A stretch of DNA of 64,000 bases from contig CM035361.1 in assembly GCA_020137815.1 (NCBI GenBank), positions 5,828,001 through 5,892,000 on the forward strand. Reading direction: 5' to 3'. Below the pieces are notes generated by a model, which was not told the DNA's origin, searched no databases, and saw nothing but the letters and a program-made list of their open reading frames with translations. Positions within the stretch are counted from its first letter, which is position 1; each line of letters starts with the position of its first letter. The translations under genes and the position numbers were made by a program. The stretch is from Hormiphora californensis. Lineage: Eukaryota; Animalia; Ctenophora. Positions 13,107 through 24,165 of this stretch are shown here, one piece after another.

Positions 13107-13873
13107 ATTTTGCGCTCAACCGCATATTCACCACGCTTTTTGGTCCCGCGCGCTACATCCATGTGTCTCCTTGGTCAATCTGTGACCGTGCCACGTGAAA
13201 GTAGGGCGTGGGGCCAAAACGTGATGTGAATATGTGATTATATGTACTTACATGTTGTGTTGAACTAATATCCCTTCCTCCGCAGGTACGAAAAGAAGTC
13301 TCAAGTCTGTAGTAGATGTGCTGTCCAATCATCTGCATCATTTACAACAATCACCTGACTCCTGAGTAAGAAAAGTAAGTTAGGAACATTAATTATGCTG
13401 CCAGACCAATCCTAATGAACCGAAAAACCACCCCGCAACACCAACCTCCACATCTAACGTCAACCTCTGAATCTAACTTACATGTTGTGCTGTAGTAGAT
13501 ATCGTTAATGACATCACTTCCTCCACAGGTACAAAAAGAAGTGCTGTCCAATCATCACAACAGTCAACAACCACCTAAACAGGATGAGATGTATCATGTA
13601 GAGAAAGGAAGAAAGACAGAAGGAACGTTTTATTATTTGAATTGACTTTACATTTGTAAAGGAAGGGGTATGTGAGTGTGGGCGAGTGTTTTATTAAATT
13701 ATTTAGTAAATGTTTCTGGGAGAACATTATATTGTAATGTATTTTATCTTTGATTTTTAGGTCAAAATCGGCCGACATTTACTATAATATGGCGTGTAAA
13801 CTTTTTCTCCGTGTATGTCAGGGTTCAGAGGGCAGAGAGTGGGGAATAATTAATGAACACGGCCCACACAAAC

Positions 13874-14142
<269 letters not shown>

Positions 14143-15241
14143 AGGGGGGGTATATAGCGGGTCAATATGTGTAGGTGTGTTATCTAGATATTTTTATCCT
14201 GATTTGAGAGAGACTGTATATTTCATTATTGCTGAAGAGTTTTCGCTATCGAAACATTGTCCAATTTGAACTAACTTGTTTCTTTTTGTCAACAGATTTA
14301 GGAAGATTTTCAACTTACATCGGAACCGACTAACCTGTTGTAATATATATGCAGTGGTACCGTGCCTCAGCCAGCGATGCTTACTCCGGTAGATTATCAG
14401 GCCATAATCAGGTCATTCCACTGTGCACGATTCTCCAGGATAAATAAAACTGCAACTGATCAGATACCGGGGGAGGGGTTCTTTTCTCTTGGTGTCCTAG
14501 TGGGCGGAACCATATTACAGTATTTAAAATGATCACGCAGTGCATTGTTTCAGTCAGCATTGTAAAATTTTCTTGCAATAATAAGATTTTCACTCCATTG
14601 TGCCTAAATTGCCACAAAATGAATTGATATAAAGTCAATAATGTGACAATTCTGAGATGTGAAAATAATAGTGAAAATAACAGGAATATAACGGGCTTCA
14701 AACGTATTGCCTTGAGAAAAAAAAACAATTAGGGTCGGGGTTCAGGTTCAGTTTCAATTACTACATCAAGAGTTAATAATTACCTTGGATTGGTCAGAGA
14801 ATGGATTAAATGATGGGTCACGATGAAAGGGAAGGAACACGGTAGACACTCTCAGCTGTTTAGTAAGTCTAAAGGTCCTGAGGGAGTATATGGTTACTTA
14901 GCTAGAAACCTCTCTCCGACATGGCGGAGCTAAGAGTTGAAACTCTGGTGACGCACTCACTCATTTGACTTCACAGTTCATACTTCATCAACCGGGGTTT
15001 GCCAAGCGGGCTGAGTGTAAGATGTGAATGCGTCACCAATAGATTATGATTCAGAGATTAACATTAGTTTACAAAATGTAATTTATTTCAGAGTTATACA
15101 AAAAACGAACTGAATTACACCATTCGCAATGTACTGTCTATTGGCAATGTCTATATGTATGGGGAGGCTCTGCATTTCTCTAGCATCATTCTCCATCTGG
15201 TCATCCCGTCATCTCTCCCAATTCCTTTACATAATATAATA

Positions 15242-15400
15242 CAGTCGGACCCCGATTTAACGGTCCCCGATTTAACGGTCCCCGATTTAACGGCACCCCG
15301 ATTTAACGGCAGGATAATCTTCCCCCGATATAGGAAATTAACAGTATTTGACCCCGATTTAGCGGACACCCCGATTTAACGGACAAAACCCTTCCCCCGA
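15242..15400. mobile_element. Truncated pogo-like MITE
   Basis: ta|cagtcggaccccgatttaacgg with ccccgatttaacgg repeats; right TIR missing. Confidence 0.75.
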
Positions 15401-17154
15401 GGGGAAGTGGTAAAACCACTTGTTTTCATTTGTAATATAATACATTATGGAAATATAAAAGCGCAGATTCATAATTTCATTCTCTCAGTCCAAATATCAT
15501 CCATAGTTATCTTTTGACTCCTTGACCGAAGCTGCAGCAGATTCTTTAAGTGCGACTGAATCACCTGTGGGACAGAAGAAGATCGGAAGACTGGATGTTG
15601 TATACTGGTTGTAAAGTCGTAACAATAAAAACATGCAATTGACTCACCTCATTTCAAAGTGACGAGATCTGTATCCACCTGATGTAGCTTGTATTCTTGT
15701 GTCAGCACTCAGCTCAAGATATCCCCATAAAGCCTCCCTCCCTCTGAATACCAATGGTATCCACTATCCAGTCTAGAACTGGGACATTATTTTTCTACGT
15801 CACTTGGGACGGCGCTCCATGGAATGGTAGCTCTAGAAGCAAAGTAGGTTAGTTAATTCCTGGCTACCAAAGATTTAGTGATGGTGGAGCATCTTGGAAC
15901 ATCAGATCATCATTTGCATTATCTTCTTCATCAATTGAACGTTACCATGGCTAGAGGAATGAAGGTTTTAACTTCCGCATCTCTGACACACTTTACACTG
16001 TCCATACCCTAATATAAATGCTTTACAGAACTCATGTTTTTACTGGACATCAGGTTGAAAAACGAAACACAGCTCCTACACTGATTGGCAACGCCAATTT
16101 GGCATCACTTTTCGGCAGCCAAGGAGAAGCTGCTGTTGAAATTTGAAAAAAAGGAACGAAAAATGTGAAAATTTCTTTGAGTTGAATTCAAAACTTTATT
16201 TTCAGCTCTAAAAATATATTTCTACGCTGCGAAGCAAGGAAATTAAATGTAGCGCGCGAGAAAAATGGCCAATTCTGTGAAACGCCGCCGCCGGTTTGGT
16301 GTGCGCGTGGCGATTTTTGACGCGCGCATGATTTTCTTGAAATTCATGCTGCAAATCAGCCAGATTTCGGTTCCAAGATTTCAAAAATACCCTTTTTTTG
16401 CGAAAAAGATTGCAGACTTCTATCTGAGCATAGCGATCTGATACTATCAAGATATTCTAAAGTCTGTCTGGCACATCGACCACCGCAGAGGGTATTCTTG
16501 CGTCCATGGGACACGCCGGCTCCGGTAAGCGGGAAGAAAGTGATGATGAGTACGTATTTATCAATGACAATCTTACTATTTATATGTTAACGATGTGTGC
16601 TAAACATGGTTTACTGTTTCCAAGTAGTCTAGGTATGCTGTGTCCGTTTGTGTGTGCACCTTTGTGTTCTCTTGTGTGATGACCATTTTTTAATTAACTT
16701 ATTTAACTTAACTTATTTGTGTTTTGTGTAAGTCTTTATTTTTTGGGTGTTGGGGTATAAGTGTGAGTGTGAGTCTGAGTGTGAGTTGTGTGTGTGTGTG
16801 TGAGTGTGTGTGTGTGAGTGTGTGTGTATATGTGGTGGTGTTATGTAACTACCGTATTTTTAACTAACTTATTCGCCTTTTTCTATTCGATTTTAGTAAT
16901 TTATTAAATCTGGTTAAATCTATCTGTCCGTTTAGCTCTCAGCTCATTGTTACCAGTATCTTTGGTTCGTCTGTGTGTGTTTGTCCCGCTTTAGGTAACT
17001 GCTGTTGTGCTATTAGCCTCGGCCTGGTAGCGTATATTAATGTACTTAATTTTTAACTATATTTTATACGTATAGTGTAAGAGCGGGAGAGTCATATATT
17101 TTCTTATATTGACTCGATATAAATTGTGAAGTTCATATTCATATTCATATTCAA

Positions 17155-17314
17155 GTGTCCGTTTGTCTCCTGAGTGCTCATGAGACGTGTCTCATGATAC
17201 ACTTATGAGCGCTCATGAGACATTGAAACACCGAAAAACGTCTCATGAGACGTGAGCGCTCATGATACACTCATGATACACTCGTGAGTGCTCAGTGCTC
17301 ATGAGAACGGACAC
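17155..17314. mobile_element. Small TIR element built from ctcatgag palindromes
   Basis: gtgtccgtt ... aacggacac ends; repeated tcatga core. Confidence 0.5.
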
Positions 17315-17529
17315 GTTTTTCTTACTTGCCCACACTTCTCCAGCCTCCTACTCCCACCTTATTACCTTGATAGTTGACAATACTCACATTGTTAAATACT
17401 TTTTAATTTGAATCTTGAATCTTGGGAGGGGTCAATTTAATCGGGCAACTGGCAAAATACTCATAGAACAATTCTCTACAACATACAACAATCTTGTTCA
17501 ATTATGTGTCGGTCCACCCTCATTTTAAA

Positions 17530-17820
17530 GTGAGAGGTGCACGAAAACGAAAGTTGAAATAATTGCTAAACAAATTGTGTGTAACATTCCCTGGTGTCCA
17601 ATTAAAAGTTTGGTGAAAAGATGACGTGTCAATGTTGTGTTTGAAATTCATTACTGCATTACGTGCAAGCGTCAAACACAAGTTAGAAGCATGCACGTTC
17701 CTAGTTCTTAATGAATTTCAAACACAACATTGAGAATTAGTCATCTTTTCACCAAACTTTTAATTGAGATGTTATACATAATTTGGGTTTCCAACTTTCG
17801 TTTTCGTGCACCTCTCACTT
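17530..17820. mobile_element. Palindromic MITE (~290 bp)
   Basis: agtgagaggtgcacgaaaacgaaagttg ... caactttcgttttcgtgcacctctcact, with further internal complementarity. Confidence 0.75.
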
Positions 17821-17833
17821 CAAGTTTAGTTAA

Positions 17834-19223
17834 GGGTACGCTAACCAAAAATTTTTTTCGAGTGCAGGGAAATCTCTCACCGTAGGGTTGTAGGCCATAC
17901 CAAGGAGACCTTAAATATGCAATTTTAGCCCTTAAGTCGAATTCATATTTTTGCTACAGCTGTTTAAAAAATGTCCTGAAAATACGTTTTTGGCATCTCA
18001 AAAATTTTTTTTCAAAGATAGGAGCATGAAAATTTGGGGATTTGAAGAGGACATGAAGGTGAATAACCACAAAAAATTTTTTTGCAATCCGAGCTGATTT
18101 CCGGTCCTGAGATGGATTTCTTTTTTTCCACTTTAACGCCCTATTTGGCAAAGTTCCGAAAACATGTGAAAGCTGTAAATTGGTGAAAAGTTGCGTCTAA
18201 CGATTATCTAAGTGGCCATAAATTTTGGGCGTGTCCTTATTTGAGATAAGCTGTACAGAATTTTTTTTGTGAAAGCCGTCATTTCAGAAATAAATAAATT
18301 CCCTGTATCTCAAAAACGGCTGATCGTAGAGACCTGAGACTATGCTAAAACGATTCAGAAGGTCCGATTTTGGGGGGGTCTTCTGAGAGACATTTTGCTC
18401 CTACTTCAACCGTTTTTGCTGTAATTGCGAAAAACAATAACCCATCTTCGCCATCGTGGATTTTTTGTGATTTTGTTTTTGATGATTATAGGGACCCATA
18501 TGGACCAAATAGTGAAGGAATTAGCTTGTTAAACATTTTTCCATAGTTTCGGTCCTTTCTTAGCTAAAATTCCCTAATTACAGGATATTGGAGTTTAGCT
18601 TTTGCCCTTTTCATAGAATTTGTTTTTCGCAATTACAGCAAAAACGGTTGAAGTAGGAGCAAAATGTCTCTCAGAAGACCCCCCCAAAATCGGACCTTCT
18701 GAATCGTTTAAGCATAGTCTCAGGTCTCTACGATCAGCCGTTTTTGAGATACAGGGAATTTATTTATTTCTGAAATGACGGCTTTCACAAAAAAAATTCT
18801 GTACAGCTTATCTCAAATAAGGACACGCCCAAAATTTATGGCCACTTAGATAATCGTTAGACGCAACTTTTCACCAATTTACAGCTTTCACATGTTTTCG
18901 GAACTTTGCCAAATAGGGCGTTAAAGTGGAAAAAAAGAAATCCATCTCAGGACCGGAAATCAGCTCGGATTGCAAAAAAAATTTTTGTGTTTATTCACCT
19001 TCATGTCCTCTTCAAATCCCCAAATTTTCATGCTCCTATCTTTGAAAAAAATTTTTTGAGATGCCAAAAACTTATTTTCAGTTCATTTTTCAAGCAGCTG
19101 TAGCAAAAATATGAATTCGACTTGAGAGCTCAAATTGCATATTTGAGGTCTCCTTGGCATGGCCTACAACCCTACGGTGAGAGATTTCCCTGCACTCGAA
19201 AAAAATTTTTGGTTAGCGTACCC
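17834..19223. mobile_element. Foldback non-autonomous DNA transposon with ~600-bp TIRs and TTAA TSD (Kolobok-like)
   Basis: ttaa|gggtacgctaacc ... ggttagcgtaccc|ttaa; arms ~17834-18436 and ~18621-19223. Purine termini with TTAA fit Kolobok better than piggyBac (inference). Confidence 0.85.
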
Positions 19224-19386
19224 TTAATGTACTGTATCATTGCTCCAGCTAGGAGAGTGTTGTCTTTTGACAACCCGCGACAACATTTAGAACTATGAAA
19301 ACAAGTGCAAATCTTTTCTAAATAACGTAAACCGTACATCATTGAATCGTTTTATCACTTATTATGTTTTAACCCCCTCCCCCTAG

Positions 19387-20881
19387 CCAGAGTGGGGGAC
19401 CCTGTGAGGCTGTCAGCCAGTGGAATGAATGTTTCCCTGATCGACAACAGAGACTTGTCCGATATTGATCCTGTGATTGTGCTCTTGGAGAAGACGGTAA
19501 GTCTCTTTTTTAATCCCATCAATCCAATCCTTTTTCAGCTCTAAATCTCTTCATTTTCTCTCCTAAACACCCATAACACACCCCACAATCCCATACACAG
19601 GTCAATGTGCCGGTCCCGCTGAGAAGTTCGCGCCTTGTGTATTTGACGATAATAAGGTATGAAATCCCACCCAGTAGACTCTTATTCAGGAGTGTGGTGC
19701 TCTAACTTGTACAGAACCCAAGGCCAGACGAAACAGTTAAGTAACATGGGTTTATGTTAGTATTTTAATTAGGATATACACTACTCCATTTGAAACCCCT
19801 AGTTAACACCCTATTTAACACTGTTTCCTCTCCAGGGTACGAGACTGCAAGTGTAAGAACAGCATTGAAAACTCACAGTGCCCCGGAGAGCGCCTCAGTG
19901 AGGTGACTGGCTGTGAATTCAAACCATGTTAGTACATAGCCCTAGTAAGATCGGGTAAGACGAGAGTTGCTGCTGAAGAACATGCTTTTCACAGCAGTGT
20001 TGCTGAGTTTACCATCATATGAGAATGCTAATCTCAATTCATATCTCTAAATCTAACCCCGGCCCCAAACTCTCCTCTCCAGTCGAGCTGACCCAGTGGT
20101 CTGATGTTGTGAGTGGTTGCTTTTTCTATGCTCCTGATACCTACACCAAACCAAAGTCCAGAATGTACTGCTGGATATCATGGTATGTTGAACTGGTTAT
20201 AATTATACCGATCCAATAATTATTATAATGAGATCTGATCAGGATTTAATCCTGATAATTAACAATTGACCCTTCCGCCCGAGATCTGCCCGCTGTATGT
20301 TTCCCCTTCAACTGTTGTTACAGTAGGGCGTGTTGTGTGTGAAAAGAGAGAAATGTGAGAATGCAGCGAGCGAAGATATTATTATCTATCTTGTTCCTGA
20401 TAAAATAACTATCTGTATAGTTTTTATTGTCTATTTATAGAAGTGAATGATGGAACTCGGATACAATCATGTATTGTAATTTGTATGGCTATAGCCTATA
20501 TTTGTTTAGTTCGATCTAGATCAAATCTTGTACAGCCCTTTGAAACACCCCTCCCCCTCCCCAGGTCGATTAGAGGACAAGGAACAGTGCAACCCTGGTA
20601 GGGAGGGGTATGAAGCTGTAGAACTGTGTACTGGAGCTGTCTACAAGAATGGAGCGGCCAGAACTGCCCCATACATCACTATCTCCACAAAATGGTGTGT
20701 TATCACATTCATATCCAATCCTTTATTCTCTCTCCATCTCTCTCTGCCAATACCCCACTCACCCTCCCCCTCTCCCAGATATCGAGTGTGCAAGTGTTAC
20801 GACATGATCGACTTCAACCAATTTGAGGGATCTGCCATTGATTTCCAAGGGATCTGCCATTACCACGAGTGTAACTATTAA
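19387..20881 (+). pseudogene. Chain of small Cys-rich exons resembling TSP1-type repeats, with disablements
   Basis: Exons at ~19387-19496, 19601-19656, 19690-19735, 19836-19928, 20082-20181, 20565-20694 and 20779-20881, with GT-AG and W..C...R.C.C motifs. In-frame TGA at 19466, a splice-generated TG|A at 20694/20779, and phase mismatches. Confidence 0.55.
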
Positions 20882-21004
20882 ACCAAGGGACACCACGGAA
20901 GTCGGAACTTAATCAATGTTAATGAAAGGAACGATAGAGATTAATCGAGGACTACCTTGTGACAGACAATTTCCGTGCTTTGCCGAAAGAGAGACATATA
21001 TAGC

Positions 21005-21069
<65 letters not shown>

Positions 21070-22107
21070 GTGAAGACGTGAAACACAGTGTTCTCCAAAG
21101 CTTCCGTCAATTTTAATTGATTTAGAACCATTATATCGTTGTTTATCTTGTTAAAGTGTGTGTTATAAGATCTTGACAATTCATTTTCCAAAATATGTCT
21201 CCCATTTCATATCTCTGGTGCACATCAAACAATAATCAGGGGACAGGCAGGGTGGTGAAGGCATCTTCCCTACAACATCAATTCTCAGAATAATGTCTCC
21301 CTTTGTCTCTCAGTTTGATGTGCACTTGAGCTGGTTTATGTTCACCCTGCACCCACTCTGAATCAGAGTCTTTACAAACATTAACACTCCATCTCCCACA
21401 GCAGTTCATTGTTGTTACTCATGCCAAAAGTTCAAGCCACCTGATCCAACTCCATGCTCTGCTGTTGATCTTCTTCACCAGGTCATCTATTGACGTCAGT
21501 CTAGTAGTAGGTAAACTACAGTGCGTTCCTTTCAGACTCATTTCAGTTCCTGGGGAGAGAGGTAGTTAAGTAGGTGATGTAGTGGGTGGAAGCGGGTTTT
21601 ATGTAGCTCCAATTCGAAGGAGGGGCAGTATGTATGTAACGCGCGGTGACCTCGCTGTGGCAAAAGCAACAGGAGTGGGCGCCTTCTCTCGCGCGCAAAC
21701 TCGTGTACGGCGCGCGGGGACCAAGCCGGAAAAGTGGATTTTCCCACGGTTTAAAGGTGCTCTCAGAGCTTTATCTTACCTTTTTTAGTCAATTTTTTTC
21801 ACTAAATGTCCATTGGATAGGTTCCCAATGCTTCATAAAAATCAGGAGCTCATAGAAACGTCATCTTCACTGATTTCTGAAAGAAAACTTTTTTCAGGGA
21901 CACTACCGGGCAAAATACCCCTTCTTAAAAGTGTTCCTTGTTAAAAATGAGGAAGATTGGTAAAAAGATGGACGAAATTGGATGAAAAATGAAGGAGCTA
22001 TGATTTTTACAAAAATGTGATATCGATTCTGTCACCCTTACAACCCGCTTCGCGGGCTTCGTTTTCGCGCGCTACGCGCGCGAGTTGTAAGGGTGACTGC
22101 GTCACCA

Positions 22108-22482
22108 AGGTCGGAGGTGCCTGCCGGCACCTAAATAAAGGGCCGTCACTTTTGGGGTTTTGTGCAGGGGCAAAATTTTTTTTTCGTTTTTTCGGTTTTC
22201 TTCGGTTTTCTTCGGGTCGGAGGTGCCTGCCGCGGCCCCTGCACCAAATCCAAAAAGCCGGCCCTATTTAGGTGCCGGCATGCCGGCACCTAAATAGGGC
22301 CGGCTTTTTGGATTTGGTGCAGGGGCAAAAATTTTTTTTTTCGTTTTTTCTGTTTTCTTCGGGTCGGAGGTGCCTGTAGGCACCTAAATAGGGCCGGCTT
22401 TTTGGATTTGGTGCAGGGGCAAAAATTTCTTTTTTCGTTTTTTCTGTTTTCTTCGGGTCGGAGGTGCCTGCCGGCACCTAAA
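22108..22482 (-). repeat. Tandem array (~4 x ~95 bp) of the HINE-like 5' terminus
   Basis: Repeated ...cttcgggtcggaggtgcctgccggcacctaaata units, as at 8030-8213. Confidence 0.8.
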
Positions 22483-22642
22483 TATTTGTTTTGTACAAAA
22501 AACAGTCTAACCTGGCAACTAAATATATATATATATAATTATATATAATTTATGCCACTGCGTACAGAATGAGGGTCCAATGCTCTCCATAACATATCAT
22601 CTGCAAATGAAATTACACCAATTGATACATTTTTCCCTTCAG

Positions 22643-22825
22643 AACCAGTCGAATGCCCTGCTTTTACTGTTGACGGATCAACACAAGGAAGTTGGGATGC
22701 CTCACCAACAGGAGCAACTGCCACTGTCGAATGTGCTGACAACCATATCCTAATGGGAAGTAAAACACTGACATGTCAGGAGGATGGATCGTGGTCAAGT
22801 GATGTACCACAGTGTGAAAAAATTG
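22643..22825 (+). CDS. Phase-1/phase-1 exon encoding a Sushi (CCP) domain
   Basis: cccttcag acceptor and g|gtaagt donor; 183 nt; PVECPAF...[30 protein letters not shown] (4 Cys and the conserved W). Confidence 0.85.
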
Positions 22826-23105
22826 GTAAGTTGATCAACAGATCCACGTATTTTTATAAACTTATGATACTGCTTTCTCGCTACCGTTTTGCTAGCCTAG
22901 GAATCGCGTGCCTTTCAAATTTTGTAATGGGGGAATGCAGTCATGACTGAACCTCAGGTTCAGGGCACGGCCGGAAATTCGCTTTTAACTTTCCTGAAAT
23001 CTCAGGGAATAGTCGTCACTGAACCCTGAGAACTCAGGTCTCGGGGATAATAGCGGTGAGCTGAGCCTGAGATTCAGGCACGACTGTTTTACCATAACTA
23101 CACAG

Positions 23106-23214
23106 CACGAACCGACCGAATCAGGAAATACTGGTCCCTGATTGGCTGATAACCAGTCACGTGACCTAAATAACGAGCTCTGATTGGTTGTTTACTTGGT
23201 CCGGTCGGTTCCTG
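23106..23214 (+). mobile_element. 109-bp hAT-type MITE
   Basis: TIR ca(c)gaaccgacc / ggtcggttcctg; near-perfect 8-bp TSD ctacacag/ctacatag; near-identical to 51071-51179. Confidence 0.85.
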
Positions 23215-23532
23215 CTACATAGCCCTAAGCAGGTCACAACTGTGAATTAACTTGAATTAAGATAACGCATATTACTACCCACTTAGCGTTGTATATGTTG
23301 TACAATGTACAACTTGTACAGTTTTTATTGCATTCTTTTTGTGCACACAAAACGAGAAAGGCCAAGGCACGCGATTAATGCACCTGCAGCTAGCTAAAAT
23401 CCCGCATATAATTGTGTAAATAAACTCAGATATCAGATATACAAATATGTCCAATTAATATGTCGTGTAACTTGCTGTTACCCTCCTTGGTTGTGTAACT
23501 TTGTACTTTTAAAAGTACATAGTTACACAACA

Positions 23533-23610
23533 ACTTTCTGAAACACCCTGTACTATAATAGCCTCTCACAATTGTGAGAGGCTATTATAGTACAGGGTGT
23601 TTCAGAAAGT
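23533..23610. repeat. Perfect 78-bp spacerless palindrome
   Basis: 39-bp arms centred on caa|ttg (23571/23572). Confidence 0.95.
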
Positions 23611-24165
23611 ATAGTTTTCACTTTTCGGACCCTATGTATAGATAATTGGTGTCAATCAATTGCCCATAATTGCAGGGGGGTTACAGGGGGGGTTACAGTA
23701 GAAGATCTATCATGCCCTCTTTTGGTTCAGAATATTGTGAATATTTTGTGAACTAGGCTAGTACATTTCTTTTAGGGAAAGTTTATCTGCTATAAACACA
23801 GTTAAATCGCGTGAGCTATAAGTACGAATTACAGTTTTTAAAACAAAATGTCAAAATATTGTGTCATATTGCAGACGAAACTTGAAATTCGTAAAAGTCT
23901 CGCCCAACTGATTGTGCCTTATATGTACATAAATGAAGCACATAAATTTCTTGAAAATAATATTTTCCAGTTTTTGCAGATTTGAACACACGGGATGTAT
24001 GTGTAACTGTTGTTGATTCACTGCAGGGGGATTAGGTAATCTTCTGCTCTTCAAATCTATCACATAACATGCAAGCACCAAAAACTGGTTGCCATTGAAA
24101 TTATATCCTCGATCTGTTGAATGGCTACCATGGTAACGCGTCTAGTTGAATGGTTGCCATGGTAA

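Noticed and set aside
17954-19103. Twin 65-aa ORFs MPNRALKW on opposite strands
   Set aside because: Mirror images within the foldback arms; non-ATG starts and no recognisable domain.
20900-20980. SECIS-like hairpin after the TSP1-like exons
   Set aside because: ATGA...TGA and outer pairing exist, but helix II and the apical AA spacing do not fit well by eye.
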